A program made the translations under genes and the position numbers. Shown here one piece after another: positions 12,142-49,700 of a DNA stretch of 64,000 bases. How positions within the stretch are numbered: the stretch's first letter is position 1; each line of letters opens with the position of its first letter. The DNA lies in contig NC_042998.1 of assembly GCF_006345805.1 (NCBI RefSeq), forward strand, positions 187,178,001-187,242,000. The letters run 5' to 3'. The notes beneath the pieces were generated by a model. The model saw only the letters and a program-made list of their open reading frames with translations. It had not been told where the DNA came from and did no database searches. The stretch comes from Octopus sinensis. Its lineage: Eukaryota.

Positions 12142-13285
12142 TAATATATATATATTATATATATGTATGTATGCCTGAATATATGTGAAATATGTGAAAT
12201 AATAGTTTCAGTATTAAAGTGAAACTATCAAAATGAAAGTATCTGACATTACAACAGAGAGATGTTATTGTTTCACTTTTGATACGTAATACTGAAATAG
12301 TGGAGAAGATATGATATTGCTGTGGGCTACCACTAAGCAAGAAGTTAAACATTATTTTGGCCTATGACACTACATGGACCCTAAGTAAGGCATGTGTAAG
12401 ATTTGAATGAAATTGGTTGTGTAGTTCTCAAGCTTTAGGGATTCACACACACAGACACACAATATAGTTGTGTTGGCAACCTGCGCATGTAAGAACATGA
12501 GGTTCTTGGAGGAACAAGAGAAGTTGGTCTTTATTTTAAACAGACGAGCCTTCCTTTACGCAGAAGAGTAGCAGTCCATAAAGAACAGCTAAATCTCCCA
12601 CAATACTGTCAAATTCCACTCAGTGGCCACGTAGACTCTTGTGCTAGAAATAAAAATCCCAAATTTCTTATATTCCCTTTCTATCAATGTAAAGACAGAA
12701 TCTCTACACAAGAAAGAATCAACAAGGGGAATCTTTTTATTGAAAAATTCCAAACGCTTCTTAATATGCTAACTACACAGTGACCGTATTCCTTTTTCTG
12801 GCCTACCTAATTAAATACATATATATTTGTTACTTGTATTTCTAAGAACAGACATAAGCATCCTGTTGACAAAAAAATCCAGCACTCCAATTAAAGAGAA
12901 TAAAACCCACAGAATTGTCTCCCCTTATTCACAGGAACTGGATAGCTCCTACCCCATTTCCTATTTGACACATAAACATCCAACCTTCTCGAACAAAAGA
13001 TTACACTTAAAAACATGCATCCTAATCCTTCAAACAAGCTATTTCATGGAATACTATTGAACTTTAAAAGCTTAAAGACACAATGATGTATTGGTATATT
13101 TATTTATTTTTTTGGAAAAACATAATTTTTTTCCTTATCTTATCTTGAAAATCTGCGATGCAATAAGAGCCGGTTTGAAATCCTTTTAAATTTTTCTTAC
13201 ACCCATTTATATAAAGATTTGCTATCAGTTTAGCATTCTGCCTTATTATTATTATTATCTTTTCCTTTCCTATATATATACATAA

Positions 13286-13334
<49 letters not shown>

Positions 13335-13576
13335 TATGTATATATACATATATGTTTATATATACATATATATATATACAAATATATATATACATACAAA
13401 TATATATACAATATATATATACATATATACAAATATATATACAAATATACATACATATATATACAAATATATATACACATATATATACAAATATACATAC
13501 ATATATATACATATATATACAAATATACATAAATATATATACAAATATACATACATATATATACATATATATACAA

Positions 13577-13617
<41 letters not shown>

Positions 13618-13659
13618 CATACAGATGTATATACATTCTTTCTTTTCTTTTATTCTCTT

Positions 13660-13955
13660 ATATGTTTCAGTCTAATGACTGTGGCCATGCTGGAGTACTG
13701 CCATTGGGATCATCTTTCCACCTTTGTCAGAGCAGCTTATGGTGGAGGGTGGAGTTTGATGCAACTGCCCTCTTTTGAGTTTCTTGCCTATTGGTGCCTC
13801 TGCGAAGAGAGCGCCGTCGGCTGCTACAGTTTGGCTCCTGTCCTTTAGGAAATCATACAGCCACTCTCCGACTTTACCGGTGATGCCGAGTCCCCATATT
13901 TTGTGGCATATCATTCCATGTTCGACCTTGTCAAATGCCTTCGCAAAGTCGAGAT
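13660..13955 (-). mobile_element. Internally deleted CR1/L2 LINE fragment (RT piece fused to 3' tail)
   Basis: [42 protein letters not shown] joined to ggcagtactccagcatggccacagtcattagactgaaac. Confidence 0.8.
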
Positions 13956-13964
13956 ATATATATG

Positions 13965-14000
<36 letters not shown>

Positions 14001-14009
14001 AGTATAAAT

Positions 14010-14398
14010 ACTCTTTTACTTGTTTCAGTCATTTGACTGCGGCCATGCTGGAGCACCGCCTTTAATCGAGCAACTCGACCCCGGGACTTATTCTTTTGTA
14101 AGCCCAGTACTTATTCTATCGGTCTCTTTTGCTGAACCGCTAAGTAACGGGGACATAAACACACCAGTATCAGTTATCAAGCAATGCTAGGGGGACAAAC
14201 ACAGACACACAAACATACATATATATATATACATATATACGACAGGCTTCTTTCAGTTTCCATCTACCAAATCCACTCACAAGGCATTGGTAGGCCCGGG
14301 GCTATAGCAGAAGACACTTGCCCAAGATTCCACGCAGTGGGGCTGAACCCAGAACCATGTGGCTGGTAAGCAAGCTACTTACCACACAGCCACTCCTG
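14010..14398 (-). mobile_element. SINE family B, full length (tRNA-like head, CORE-like domain, internal microsatellite, LINE-like tail)
   Basis: A-box-like TGGCTGTGTGG, B-box-like GGTTCAGCCC, ttgggcaagtgtcttc core; inverted partner at 14908-15290. Confidence 0.88.
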
Positions 14399-14907
14399 CA
14401 TTTAGTTTAGTCTTCTGTTACGATTTTATACCCGCTGTTTCTTCTCTAACAGTATTTCATTGGTAACAAGTATACTCGAACTGATGCGGAAACCTCTACA
14501 TGGTTACATTTTTTTTTTTACTGCTAAACCGCCATCGCCACTACTAAATCAACTCTGAACAGATTTGCATTCCAATTGTGACCATTGGCTCTTTTTAAGA
14601 ATATCTTGGACTAAATTCTCTTCATGTGTCTTTTTCTTATCAAATGCGGCCAATTATATGTTGAACGAAATTTGGGTGCTATTCTTAGCAGATTGAGTAC
14701 GTCGTGAAAAAAGGGAGTAGATCGTGTAGTCCCAGATTGCACTACGTCTAGAAGAAAAATGTTTTAAAAAAAAAACAGGGATAGTTGCGGTTACAATGCC
14801 TTAAAACACAGACCGACTTCTGGGTTGAGCTGGAGTTAAACAATTAATACATACTTGAGCAGACGAAAATTGCTCACACAATCTCACACATTTTCTTTTA
14901 AAACATT

Positions 14908-15290
14908 GTGTGGTAAGTAGCTTGCTAACAAACCACCTGGTTCCAGGTTCAGTCCCACTGCGTGACATCTTGGGCAAGTGTCTTCTGCTATAGCCCCGGG
15001 CCGACCAATGCCTTGTGAGTGGATTTGGTAGACGGAAACTGAAAGAAGCCTGTCATATATATATATATATATGTGTGTGTGTGTCTGTGTTTGTCCCCCT
15101 AGCATTGCTTGACAACCGATGCTGGTGTGTTTACGTCCCCGTCACTTAGCGGTTCGGCAAAAGAGACCGATAGAATAAGTACTGGGCTTACAAAGAATAA
15201 GTCCCGGGGTTGATTTGCTCGATTAAAGGCGGTGCTCCAGCATGGCCGCAGTCAAATGACTGAAACAAGTAAAAGAGTAAAAGAGAGAGA
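14908..15290 (+). mobile_element. SINE family B, near full length
   Basis: As above. Further copies at 18415-18590, 19180-19578, 24012-24180, 41265-42747 (split), 53335-53628 and 58255-58572. Confidence 0.88.
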
Positions 15291-15295
15291 GAGTA

Positions 15296-15717
15296 ATATC
15301 CATTCGGTTTGAACTGCAGTTTTTAATATAATTTCTATGTAACTAAAAAATTTTAAACTTTATATACTGGTAGAATGTGTTTATAAAACATCTTTTTCTC
15401 TTGGCTTTATTGAAAAAATTCTATAGTTTGTAACATATTTGGGGTTTTTTTCTTCAATTTCTGCAATTTCAACCAATCAGTGACGTCTATTGAGGTAAAA
15501 AAAACAACATTCTGTGCCATATGAATATGTCCCTCGTTTAAGAAACAGATTGGGTTTATTTACATTTCTGAAGAAAAGAAAAAACCCCTTCCCCCCACCC
15601 ATAACCCGAAAACTAAAACAAATTGAAATGCAATAGATCGATACTAGGGTCATAATTATAAGTGACAATTTCATATGACACCGCTAGAAAAAACTGCCGT
15701 TCAAACCGAAAAGATCC
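15296..15717 (-). mobile_element. About 410-bp MITE with GGATCTTTTCGGTTTGAAC TIRs, copy 1
   Basis: Reverse-complement match to 16510-16916 and 57060-57470. Confidence 0.85.
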
Positions 15718-16509
15718 TATATTTATCCTTTCTAGATGTTTCAGAGTTTTCTGAACTAACGAATAATTTGTGGGGATTTATCTATCTTATTTCCTCAGTT
15801 ACACTTATTTATAATTATTTTTTTCTTATCGTTTTCTATATAGTATATAATCATGCTGAAGACTTCATGATTGTCTTCAAGGAATTTGTGTAAAGTTTTA
15901 CTTTGCCGAAAATACATTTTACATTTTCGAAATGTCCAAATTTTCGAAATGGCTTTTTACTTGAAATATTTCAAGTGTGTGTGCGCGCGCGCGTTATTAT
16001 TTATTGCCAAGTAACCCTGTTTTTGTAAGAGAGAAATGTTCGTGAATAATTTTTTGTAGTTAATTTAGAATTGAGATTTTTGTCAGTGATCTGGTCACAT
16101 ACGAAAGTTCTAAAAAAAATATATAGCGGGAGATAACTCTGCTAAAACTTCAAACTTGAAGGAAATTTTGTAATATTTCCGATTTCATCAAATTTTATCG
16201 ATGTTTAATAGAGATATTTCTTCATAAGCATCCGTCTGTCGGAGTACTTTTTAAAAAATTTTGTCTGTGGGATGATCTCAGCTATGCACTAACGAAACGT
16301 TCGACTGTTGCCCACCTTCAGCCTACACTCAGGCAGAGATACCTACACTCAGACTTTTGAGTGTGTCGAGTGACACCTTAAAATAATGAGAACATTATTA
16401 AGTCGCTACTCTCAACACCAGGGCTACAAATTTATGTTACATTGTACCAAATATAGGTCCCTATTCGAGAGCGAAATGATCAATTTCCCCACCTTTCATT
16501 CCGAAAGAA

Positions 16510-16916
16510 GGATCTTTTCGGTTTGAACGAGTTTTTTCTAGCGGTCATATGAAATTGTCACCCATAATTACGACCCTAGTATCGATCTATTGCATTTCTA
16601 TGTTTTTGGGTTAGGGTTAGGGGGAAGGGTATCTTTTTTTTCTTCACAAATGTAAATTAACCCAATCTGTTTCTTAAACGAGGGACATATTCATACGGCA
16701 CAGAATGTTTTCACCTCAATAGACGTCACTGACTGGTTGAAATTGCAGAAATTGAAGAAAAAAACCCCCAAATATCTTACAAACTATAGAATTTTCTCAA
16801 TAAAGCCCAGAGAAAAAGATGTTTTATAAACACATTCTACCAATATACGAAGTTTAAAAGTGTTTAGTTGCGTGGAAATTATTTTTTAAAAACTGCCGGT
16901 CAAACCAAAAAGATCC
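16510..16916 (+). mobile_element. GGATC-TIR MITE, copy 2
   Basis: GGATCTTTTCGGTTTGAACG...CAAACCAAAAAGATCC. Confidence 0.88.
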
Positions 16917-18651
16917 GGAGAGCGAAATGACCGATTCCTCCACCCTTCATTCCGGTGGAGTTATAAAGTTTAGAATGAATTTAAACGTGTCCTGCCCTTT
17001 TCAAGAACTCGCTTTCGTCTCAGATGAAATCCACTTCTGATTATCAGCAGAGCTCTCGCTGATTAAGTAAATCGTGTGCTGCTGAATTGACTGAGGATAT
17101 CATTTATTATTTATTTTATGTTATGCTACACACAAGTAATCTCTGCTCCACTACTAAAATGTAACCATAGTTAAATACATTTTGGGTCGACAGAAATTTC
17201 AGAAGTTATCTTGCCTGTTTCTTTTGAGGATAAACTTTTTTTTTTTTTGCATTACAAAAATATCTCATTATAATTCCAGTAACGAAAAGTACTTCCAGCT
17301 TATGCTTCAAGTATAGTAGCAGACATTTAACTTTATATTCTTCGTACAGGAGCCACATTTGGGAAATTTTCTAATGTCATTATTTAAATTTATCCAGTCA
17401 CGCACAAACTTCTCTATGTCTCACTCTGAAATCATGGTGAGTCATCAGTGGACCTTTTGCAGAGTAGGTCCACTAAGAACAAAACATGTCCTGAATCGTT
17501 ACCATGGTAAGTAAAGATCAGACCCACTCCTGTCCTCTGCCTATCCCCTTCAAAATTGATTTTTTTTTTTTTTTTTTACTGAAATTTCAGGAGTACTCTC
17601 CCTTCCTCTTTGTGAGAACCAATTTTCATTAATACTGACCTTTTGTGACATGTGGACTATAACTTACAATTAACTTCTGCTCACCACACAAAGTACGGTG
17701 GCCTGTACTGAGGTAAACTTAGCCAACTCTCACTGATGCAAGTAATTTCATATGTAACTGGTATTCACAAGTGTAAGCTAAACCAATCCCATCGCATTTT
17801 AAAGTTGCTATGCATGCATTTTACTTGCTGCAAAACAACAATCACACTTCCTACATTGTAGCACTCATATTTATATAATAACCTGATTATTTTAATGATG
17901 AAGTCTCTAATGAGGTATGGTAGCTGGGAAGTTAAGATGTTGAACTACTAAGCCCATGGACAGAAGTTTGAATTTGACTACTGCAGCTATTTTGTTCTAA
18001 CCCTGAGCATGACATAACCAGGTTTGTCTAACAGTGACTCCAACATTTAGTATAACTCTTGAAAACTAAATAGACCATCAAGCTACTAATATCATCACTC
18101 CCTTTAAAAAAAAAAAGGCTATCTCAGTCTTTCTATCATGGAAAATATGGTAGACCTTAGTTTTTAGCTAATTCAGAGCTCTTTTGACTTCTTGCAATAC
18201 TGCATGTTATAAGAGGCAACTATTAGGTTTGACATCATCGTTTAACGTCCGCTTTCCATGCTAGCATGGGTTGGACGATTTTGACTGAGGGCTGGCGAAC
18301 CAGATGGCTGCACCAGGCTCCAATCTTGATCTGGCAGAGTTTCTACAGCTGGATGCCCTTCCTAATGACAACCACTCCAAGAGTGTAGTGGGCGCTTTTT
18401 ACGCGCCACCGGCTTCCTAACCACATGGTTTTGAGTTCAGTCCAACTGCATGGCATCTTGGGCACGTGTCTTCTATTATAGTCCTGTGCCAACTAAAGCC
18501 TTGTGAGTGGATTTGGTAGACAGAATCTGAAAGAAGCCCATCATATGCATATGTGTGTGAGTGTATGTATGTTTGCATCTCCTTGTCTTGTAAATGAATT
18601 TCATTCATTTCCAATATTCTGCAAAAACATGTCTGGCCATGGAGAAATATA

Positions 18652-18872
18652 ATAATAATATATAATAATGAAATTATTGTATACAGTGCTCAGGTGCACC
18701 ACAACTTGTCAAAAGTGCGTATAAAGTATATGCAGTAATGTACAAATGTCTGGAAAGTGAACAGTGTAGGAGTCAGATACATGCTTGCGTGTGTATGGAG
18801 GGGAGAAAATCAGGTGTAGTGTTGGCGAATCTCAGGAAGCTTGGAAGTTTTGAAGGATGCAGTGCTCCGACA
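18652..18872 (-). mobile_element. CR1-type LINE 3' end with (ATT)n tail
   Basis: Homologous to 20722-21170, 61300-61662 and 62455-62668. Confidence 0.75.
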
Positions 18873-19179
18873 ACAACTGATGCGACATGTTTTGCAAATG
18901 GTAGTGGTTGGCAACAGAAATGGCATCTGGCCAAAGATCTTCCTCAATAAAGCTTCATTCAACTCATGCAAACATGGAGAAGTGGTCGTTAAAATAATGA
19001 TGATGAAAGAAATCTCATTCTAGATGAATGAATTTCTCAAGAGGAAGGTTTCAGAAAAAAGTATTCGATAAAGAAAAGCGAGAAAGAGGAAGCTTTAAAA
19101 GTGACAAAAACAAATACACTGAGTGTGTGTAGGTTGTGGGGAAATCATAGAGTAAGCAAACTAAGAGAAGGGAAGACCA

Positions 19180-19578
19180 CTCTCTCTCTTTTACTCTTTT
19201 ACTTGTTTCAGTCATTTGACTGCGGCCATGCTGGAGCAGCGCCTTAAATCGAGCAACTCGACCCTGGGACTTATTCTTTGTAAGCCCAGTACTTATTCTA
19301 TCGGTCTCTTTTGCCGAACTGCTAAGTGACGGGGACATAAACACACCAGCATCGATTGTCAAGTAATGCTAGGGGAACAAACATACACGCACATATATAT
19401 ATATATATATACATATATACGACGGGCTTCTTTCAGTTTCTGTCAACCAAATCCACTCACAAGGCTTTGGTCGGCCCAAGGCTATAGTAGAAGGCACTTG
19501 CCCAAGGTGCCACGCACTGGGACTGAACCTGGAACCATGTGGTTCGTAAGCAAGCTACTTACCACACAGCCACTCCTA
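19180..19578 (-). mobile_element. SINE family B, full length
   Basis: Same architecture as 14010-14398. Confidence 0.85.
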
Positions 19579-20045
19579 TGCAATAAAACAAGAATGGAAA
19601 GAAAGAAAATACATAATTGATGCATTAATATTAATATGACAGTTACGGTGGCAACTGGCAGAATCGTTAGCATCCCAAACAAAATGGTTAGCAGCATTTT
19701 ATCATCTTTACACTCCGAGTTCAAATTCTGCTGAGGTTGCCTTTGCCTTTTATCTTTTCAGAGTCAATAAAATAAATACCAAATTGAGCACTAGGGTCAA
19801 TAGAATCAACTTACCCCATGCCCCGAACTTGCTGGCCTTGTACCAAAATTTGAAACCAATATGAATGTAACTGTTGTTGGTGTGTGCTTATGAATGTTTA
19901 CCAAACTTACTGGATCAAACACATAAATCTATAAAGAATGAGATTCAAGATCAGTCACTCCACTGAACACAAGAAGATTTAAACTATACTAATTAGTTAT
20001 TTGATTTATTTTAGCAAAGGCCATACTAGAGCACAATAGAGTTAT

Positions 20046-20375
20046 TATTTTTATTTATGCGCCCTTTTCAAGCCTAGCCAGGCTAATGGGCCCGGTTTCC
20101 CGGTTTCTGTGGAATATGTGTCCCCCCCCCCCCGGACAGGACGCCAATCCATCACAGCGTTTCTCAAGAAACAGAAAAAAGAGTGAGAGAAAGTTGGGGT
20201 GAAAGAGTACAACAGGGGTCGCTAGGTCGCTACCACCTCCTGCCGGAGCCTTGTGGAGCTTTAGGTGTTTTCGCTCAATAAACACACACAATGCCCCCCG
20301 GTCTGGGAATTGAAACCGCGATCCTCCGACCACGAGTCCACTGCCCTAACCACTGGGCCATTGCGCCTCCACCAC
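20046..20375 (-). mobile_element. tRNA(Arg)-like SINE, tail type 1, with 9-bp TSD TAGAGTTAT
   Basis: Head gaggcgcaatggcccagtggttagggcag...ggtttcaattccc; TSD at 20037-20045 and 20376-20384. Confidence 0.85.
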
Positions 20376-20505
20376 TAGAGTTATACCTTAAACATTTAAC
20401 TTCAAGGTAGTACTATCAAATGTTACCATCATCACTATTTTGTCTGCTTCTCTTGCTGCAAGGGGTCATGCATTTAATTTATTCTCTTCAGTTTAACTAC
20501 CTAAA

Positions 20506-20716
20506 CCCTTTAGCACTCAAATTACTCTGTCAAATGTAATGCTTATTTATTTACATTGTTTTGAATTTATCATGCTTTATCTCTTCATTTCAAAATGAGG
20601 TAATTGTTTATTTTGAGAATGAAACCGTAGGATAAATGTGAAAGGCCAGATCTGAGCAGTTTTAAACATAAAACAGAATATTTGGGCCTGATATAGTGGG
20701 TTTAAATGCTAAAGGG
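20506..20716. mobile_element. piggyBac-like MITE (CCCTTTAGCA...TGCTAAAGGG); inverted relative at 38636-38848
   Basis: Short TIRs starting CCC; degenerate TTAA-like flanks. Confidence 0.6.
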
Positions 20717-20721
20717 CTACA

Positions 20722-21170
20722 TTGGATTCACTGAAGCTCCAGCGTCTGGCGATGGACTTGGTAAACACCCACAAAGTTATCAACCACCTCACCAACAACA
20801 ACACTGAACACCTCTTTGATCTCCATGTGTCCAACACACGTGGACATGCCTACAAAGTCAGAAAACAGTACAGCTCCCATGACTTTCGGAAACATTTTTT
20901 CACGCTCAGAGTTGCTGAAGCATGGAATAAACTGCCTGCGTCAGTTGTTGACTGCCATGACACTGCATCCCTTAAGGCCCTCATGCTTTCCGAAATCCGC
21001 CGAAACTACACCTGATTGTCCCCCTTCCATACTCATACACATATGTGTATGTCATGACTCATGCACTGTTCTTTTCCTGACGCTTGTACATTACCCTATG
21101 TACTATACATACACTTTAGATGAGTTGTAGTGCATCTGAGCACTGTACACAATGTTTTATTATTATTATT
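20722..21170 (+). mobile_element. CR1-type LINE 3' fragment
   Basis: ORF 20722-21015 (SNTRGHAYKVRK...FFTLRVAEAWNKLPASVV), 3' hairpin and (ATT)n tail. Confidence 0.85.
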
Positions 21171-21514
21171 GATGCCAGGGCCAACATTTAACTGTCTTTC
21201 AGTGAGTTGTATTATCTACAGTCACCATATAGCTATTTACTAGTTACCAAATAACAAATAATGTCTGCATCATAACATTCATATATTTCTTTAATAACAT
21301 CTTAGTCCTTCCAATGAAGAAATGCTCATTAATAACAGTAAGATCTATTATCTTACTATTAATGAGTTTCTCAATCCATGCTCTATAATGATTCAACATA
21401 TCCCAACAGTTTCAGTAGTATTTTCATATTCAGTTGCCAATCATTTCCTCCTTATTTTTAAAAAAAAATCACCATTAAAAAAAGACAAAATAAACAAATT
21501 AATTAAAATAAATC

Positions 21515-21520
21515 TTTAAT
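21515..21520 (-). terminator. Candidate CDK7 polyadenylation signal (ATTAAA)
   Basis: ATTAAA on the minus strand about 165 nt after the stop; AT-rich context makes a chance match possible. Confidence 0.3.
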
Positions 21521-21683
21521 TTTCTTTTTTGTTTTTGTTTTAAATTATGACAGTATGAAAAAGATAAAATGTTACAAAAAGAAAAAAAAATGTAGTTTTT
21601 GGAAGAAAAAGGATACGTAAAGTAATAGATTTTAATCCTGAGAAAACTTTCAGTAAAATGTCTGCATTATGTAATAGGGATCT

Positions 21684-46458
<24,775 letters not shown>

Positions 46459-46607
46459 CTCGAACTGCCTCACCAATGTCGAGTGCCTCCGACTTTCTCT
46501 CTCCACTTCGTAAACTTTCTACTTCCGGAAATCATTGTTTATCTCGATTTATTCTGCAACCAATTTAAAATTTCTAATTCCTATTAAGAAGTCTATTCGT
46601 TCTACAT
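46459..46607. promoter_or_regulatory. Compact bidirectional promoter and 5' UTRs shared by CDK7 and REXO2
   Basis: 149 bp between divergent ATGs; locally CpG-richer than the background; ACTTCCGGAAAT (ETS core on both strands) at 46521-46532. Confidence 0.75.
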
Positions 46608-46781
46608 ATGAACGGGTTTCGATGTTTACGAACAACGACCCCTTTGTTATGGAAATATCAAAGGCAGGTACTTCGTTGTCCGCTGCTCACCCGACGCACT
46701 CCTCTGTCGATCAACAGAAACGGAATGACCACCAGTATGCTGGATGTTGCCAAAGAACGAATAGTATGGGTAGACCTCGAG
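46608..46781 (+). CDS. REXO2: REXO2 coding exon 1 (MNGFRCLR...[19 protein letters not shown])
   Basis: In-frame ATGs at 46608, 46725 and 46737; donor gtattt at 46782. Which ATG is used is uncertain. Confidence 0.88.
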
Positions 46782-49700
46782 GTATTTATTCTTCCCAAAC
46801 TATATATATCTCTCTTGCTTTATATATATATATTGACCAGATGAAGTTAGCATTCATATATTTGGTAGTTATAAAGTTGGGAGTTCAGTGGGTATAAATG
46901 TGACCCTTTAAAGCAGTGGTTTTCAACCAGGGTTCCGCCAGTACAGTCCAGGGGTTCCGCAAGAAGTTACAAAACTGCTAAAATCGACAATAATTTTTAA
47001 TTCTCCTGTGCATAAGACAATTAAATTATTGCACAGGGGTTCCTCGAGCCAGTGGAATGTTTTCTTGGGGTTCCGCTCCAGCAAAAGGGTTGAAAAGCAC
47101 TGCTTTAAAGTATTTACTTTGTCAAAAGTTGTTTTACCGGTTAAAATGCGGGAGTATTTTTATGGATTAAAGTGAAGGTTTTATGAATTTTTAAAAATGT
47201 AAATAATAAACGAATGTAATTTCTTTAAATGGTTGTTCAAACCTATCAATTAAGAAAAAACGTAACACCACACAAGTTCACTGAATTAAGTATTTAATTG
47301 GGTGCGATGAATTCGAGTGTCTCGTTTCTTTTCTTTTCTTTGCACAATTCCATAACATATCAATTGACACTTAGATGCTTTCATCAAAGTTTTGAAACTA
47401 GTCTTAAGTTTGCTGATACGAGATGGTATCAGGTTCCAGTACTAGTTACGTTTAATAAAAAAAAAATAATAACTTGTTTACCCAAGTTTTAACAATCTCC
47501 TCCGAAATAGTCACCCTGAGCAGGAACACGCCGGTTCCCGCTACTTTTGTGATCCGGCCTGGAAGTCGTTTTCCGTAAGCGAATCGAGAGCCTTCTGTGA
47601 TTCGCTTAGGATCTCGACAACGGTGTTAAAACAGTGATCTTTGAGCTGCATTCTCATCTCGGAGAAGAGGTGGAAGTCTACATGTGCTAAATCTGGCGAA
47701 TAGGTCGTATGCGGAAACGATATCATGTTGTTTTGGGCAAGAAACTCACGAGTGAGAAGAGCTCAGTGAAGAATTCCATCTTCGCACTCCACAAATCCGG
47801 TCGCTTTCACCGAATGTCCTCCATCAGACGTTTCAAAATGTCACAGTAGAATTCTCGATTGACGATCTGCACTTAGGGGACGAATTCTTGATGTGCAATA
47901 GCATATTTCCAAGGGTAACGCTCGGGGCAGGTTTTCCAGGGACGGCCTTCCGCTTTTAAAGCGCCCGTGCCTCTCGAAACATTGCATTCGACCCATTGCC
48001 TCATCGCCGTATTGAATGCAGCCAGAGGGCACCAAAATAAATGGAAAGCAAGACTGCAGACATGTAACTAGCTGACTTTAAAGATACTCAAGAAATTAAA
48101 TTCATGAATAACTCAGATATTTATGAGTAGTGGAGACATTTGATTATCCAACTGACAATTATAGAGGTGTTTGTATGGAGGCGCAATGGCCCAGTGGTTA
48201 GGGCAGCGGACTCGCGGTCATAGGATCGCGGTTTCGATTCCCAGACCGGGCGTTGTGAGTGTTTATTGAGCGAAAACACCTAAAGCTCCACGAGGCTCCG
48301 GCAGGGGATGGTTGTGATCCTTGCTGTACTCTTTCACCACAACTTTCTCTCACTCTTACTTCCTGTTTCTGTTGTACCTGTATTTCAAGGGGCCGGCCTT
48401 GTCACGCTGAATATCCCCGAGAACTACGTTAAGGGTACACGTGTCTGTGGAGTGCTCAGCCACTTACACATTAATTTCACGAGCAGGCTGTTCCATTGAT
48501 TCGGATCAACTGGAACCCTCGTCGTCGTAACCGACGGAGTGCTTCCATCCATAGAGGTGTTTGTAATGAAATTGAAATAGCTATAAATTTAGAGTTTTCT
48601 CTTTAGAAATAAAGGGTATCTTTCTGTTGTGTTCTACCTTTTAAGTAAGTAGCCATTGCACACAGAACAAATACAACTCTTTTCTCTCTAGATCAGTGGT
48701 TCCCAACCTGTGGTCCACAGACCCCTGATGGTCTGCAAAAGTAGTACTGGGGTCTGTGAACTAAATTCAAAATTTCATATGTATATACATATACATAAGG
48801 ATAAGCATATTAAACAGGGGTCTGTGGGAAAACTCATTTAAATAAAAGGGGACCTTGGTTGCGAACCACTGCTCCAGATACTGCAAACCATCTGTACCTA
48901 TGCTTCATTAACATACAGCATCACATATACTCCAGAGAAACCCTTTTGTTAACATACTACTTCCTGAACTTCTACAAATGCCAAGCTATTGCAACTCTTA
49001 TTATAATCTATTTAATCTCCAATTGAATTGCATTGAGAGAACTTCCTTTATTACACAGACTGTATAACTAATTCATTAACAGTTAATCTTCATTGAGTAT
49101 ACTGTTACTTATAATTGAGTATACTGCTCAAACTTTGGGTCTCCTACTTTATCTTGTATAATGAATGTAAGAAAATAAATAACTATTCAGTTTCATTTAG
49201 CAGTGTTGATAATGATATGAAAACTTTTTTTTTAACTATTTACTTGCTTAGGCATATTCTGAAAATAGACAATTTCAAAATCCTGTTGGCATCTGCTAAC
49301 CAGTCATTGTTTATCGCTGTATATGATATTTGTAATTGCTTACAAAAGGTAAATACTCATCGGATCATCCTCATAGTTATTTATTGAGTACTCTGTGGTC
49401 TCAGATTGCCTTTGTTCAATTAAGGATGTCAACTCTTTTGACTTTCTTGCTTTTCTGAGTTTTTTTTTTCTGTCTTCCTGAAAGAGGCTAAAATGCTTAT
49501 CTAAATACATTTTGACCTCAGAACACATGAGCTAGATTAGATACCAAAAGTAATCCTGATTGATATTTCAACAGTTCCAGCAATCCACAGCCCTAGAACC
49601 GTACTTTATTTCTCAACCTGAAAATATGAAAGGCAAAGTTGACTTTGGCAAGATTTAAAATCAAAGTGCATAGAGCCAGAACAAATACCCACAAAGCATT

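Noticed and set aside
16606-16625. Interstitial telomere
   Set aside because: Only 2-3 TTAGGG-like units, and they are a fixed internal part of the MITE present in its other copies.
17461-17510. Orphan exon-like segment (ttttgcag ... atg|gtaagt)
   Set aside because: 44 nt, no recognisable peptide, no partner exons; such splice-like matches are expected by chance.
48176-48255. tRNA gene (also heads at about 20300-20375, 14330-14398 and 56075-56165)
   Set aside because: A and B boxes are present but there is no closed acceptor stem or T-run terminator; they continue into SINE bodies with TSDs.
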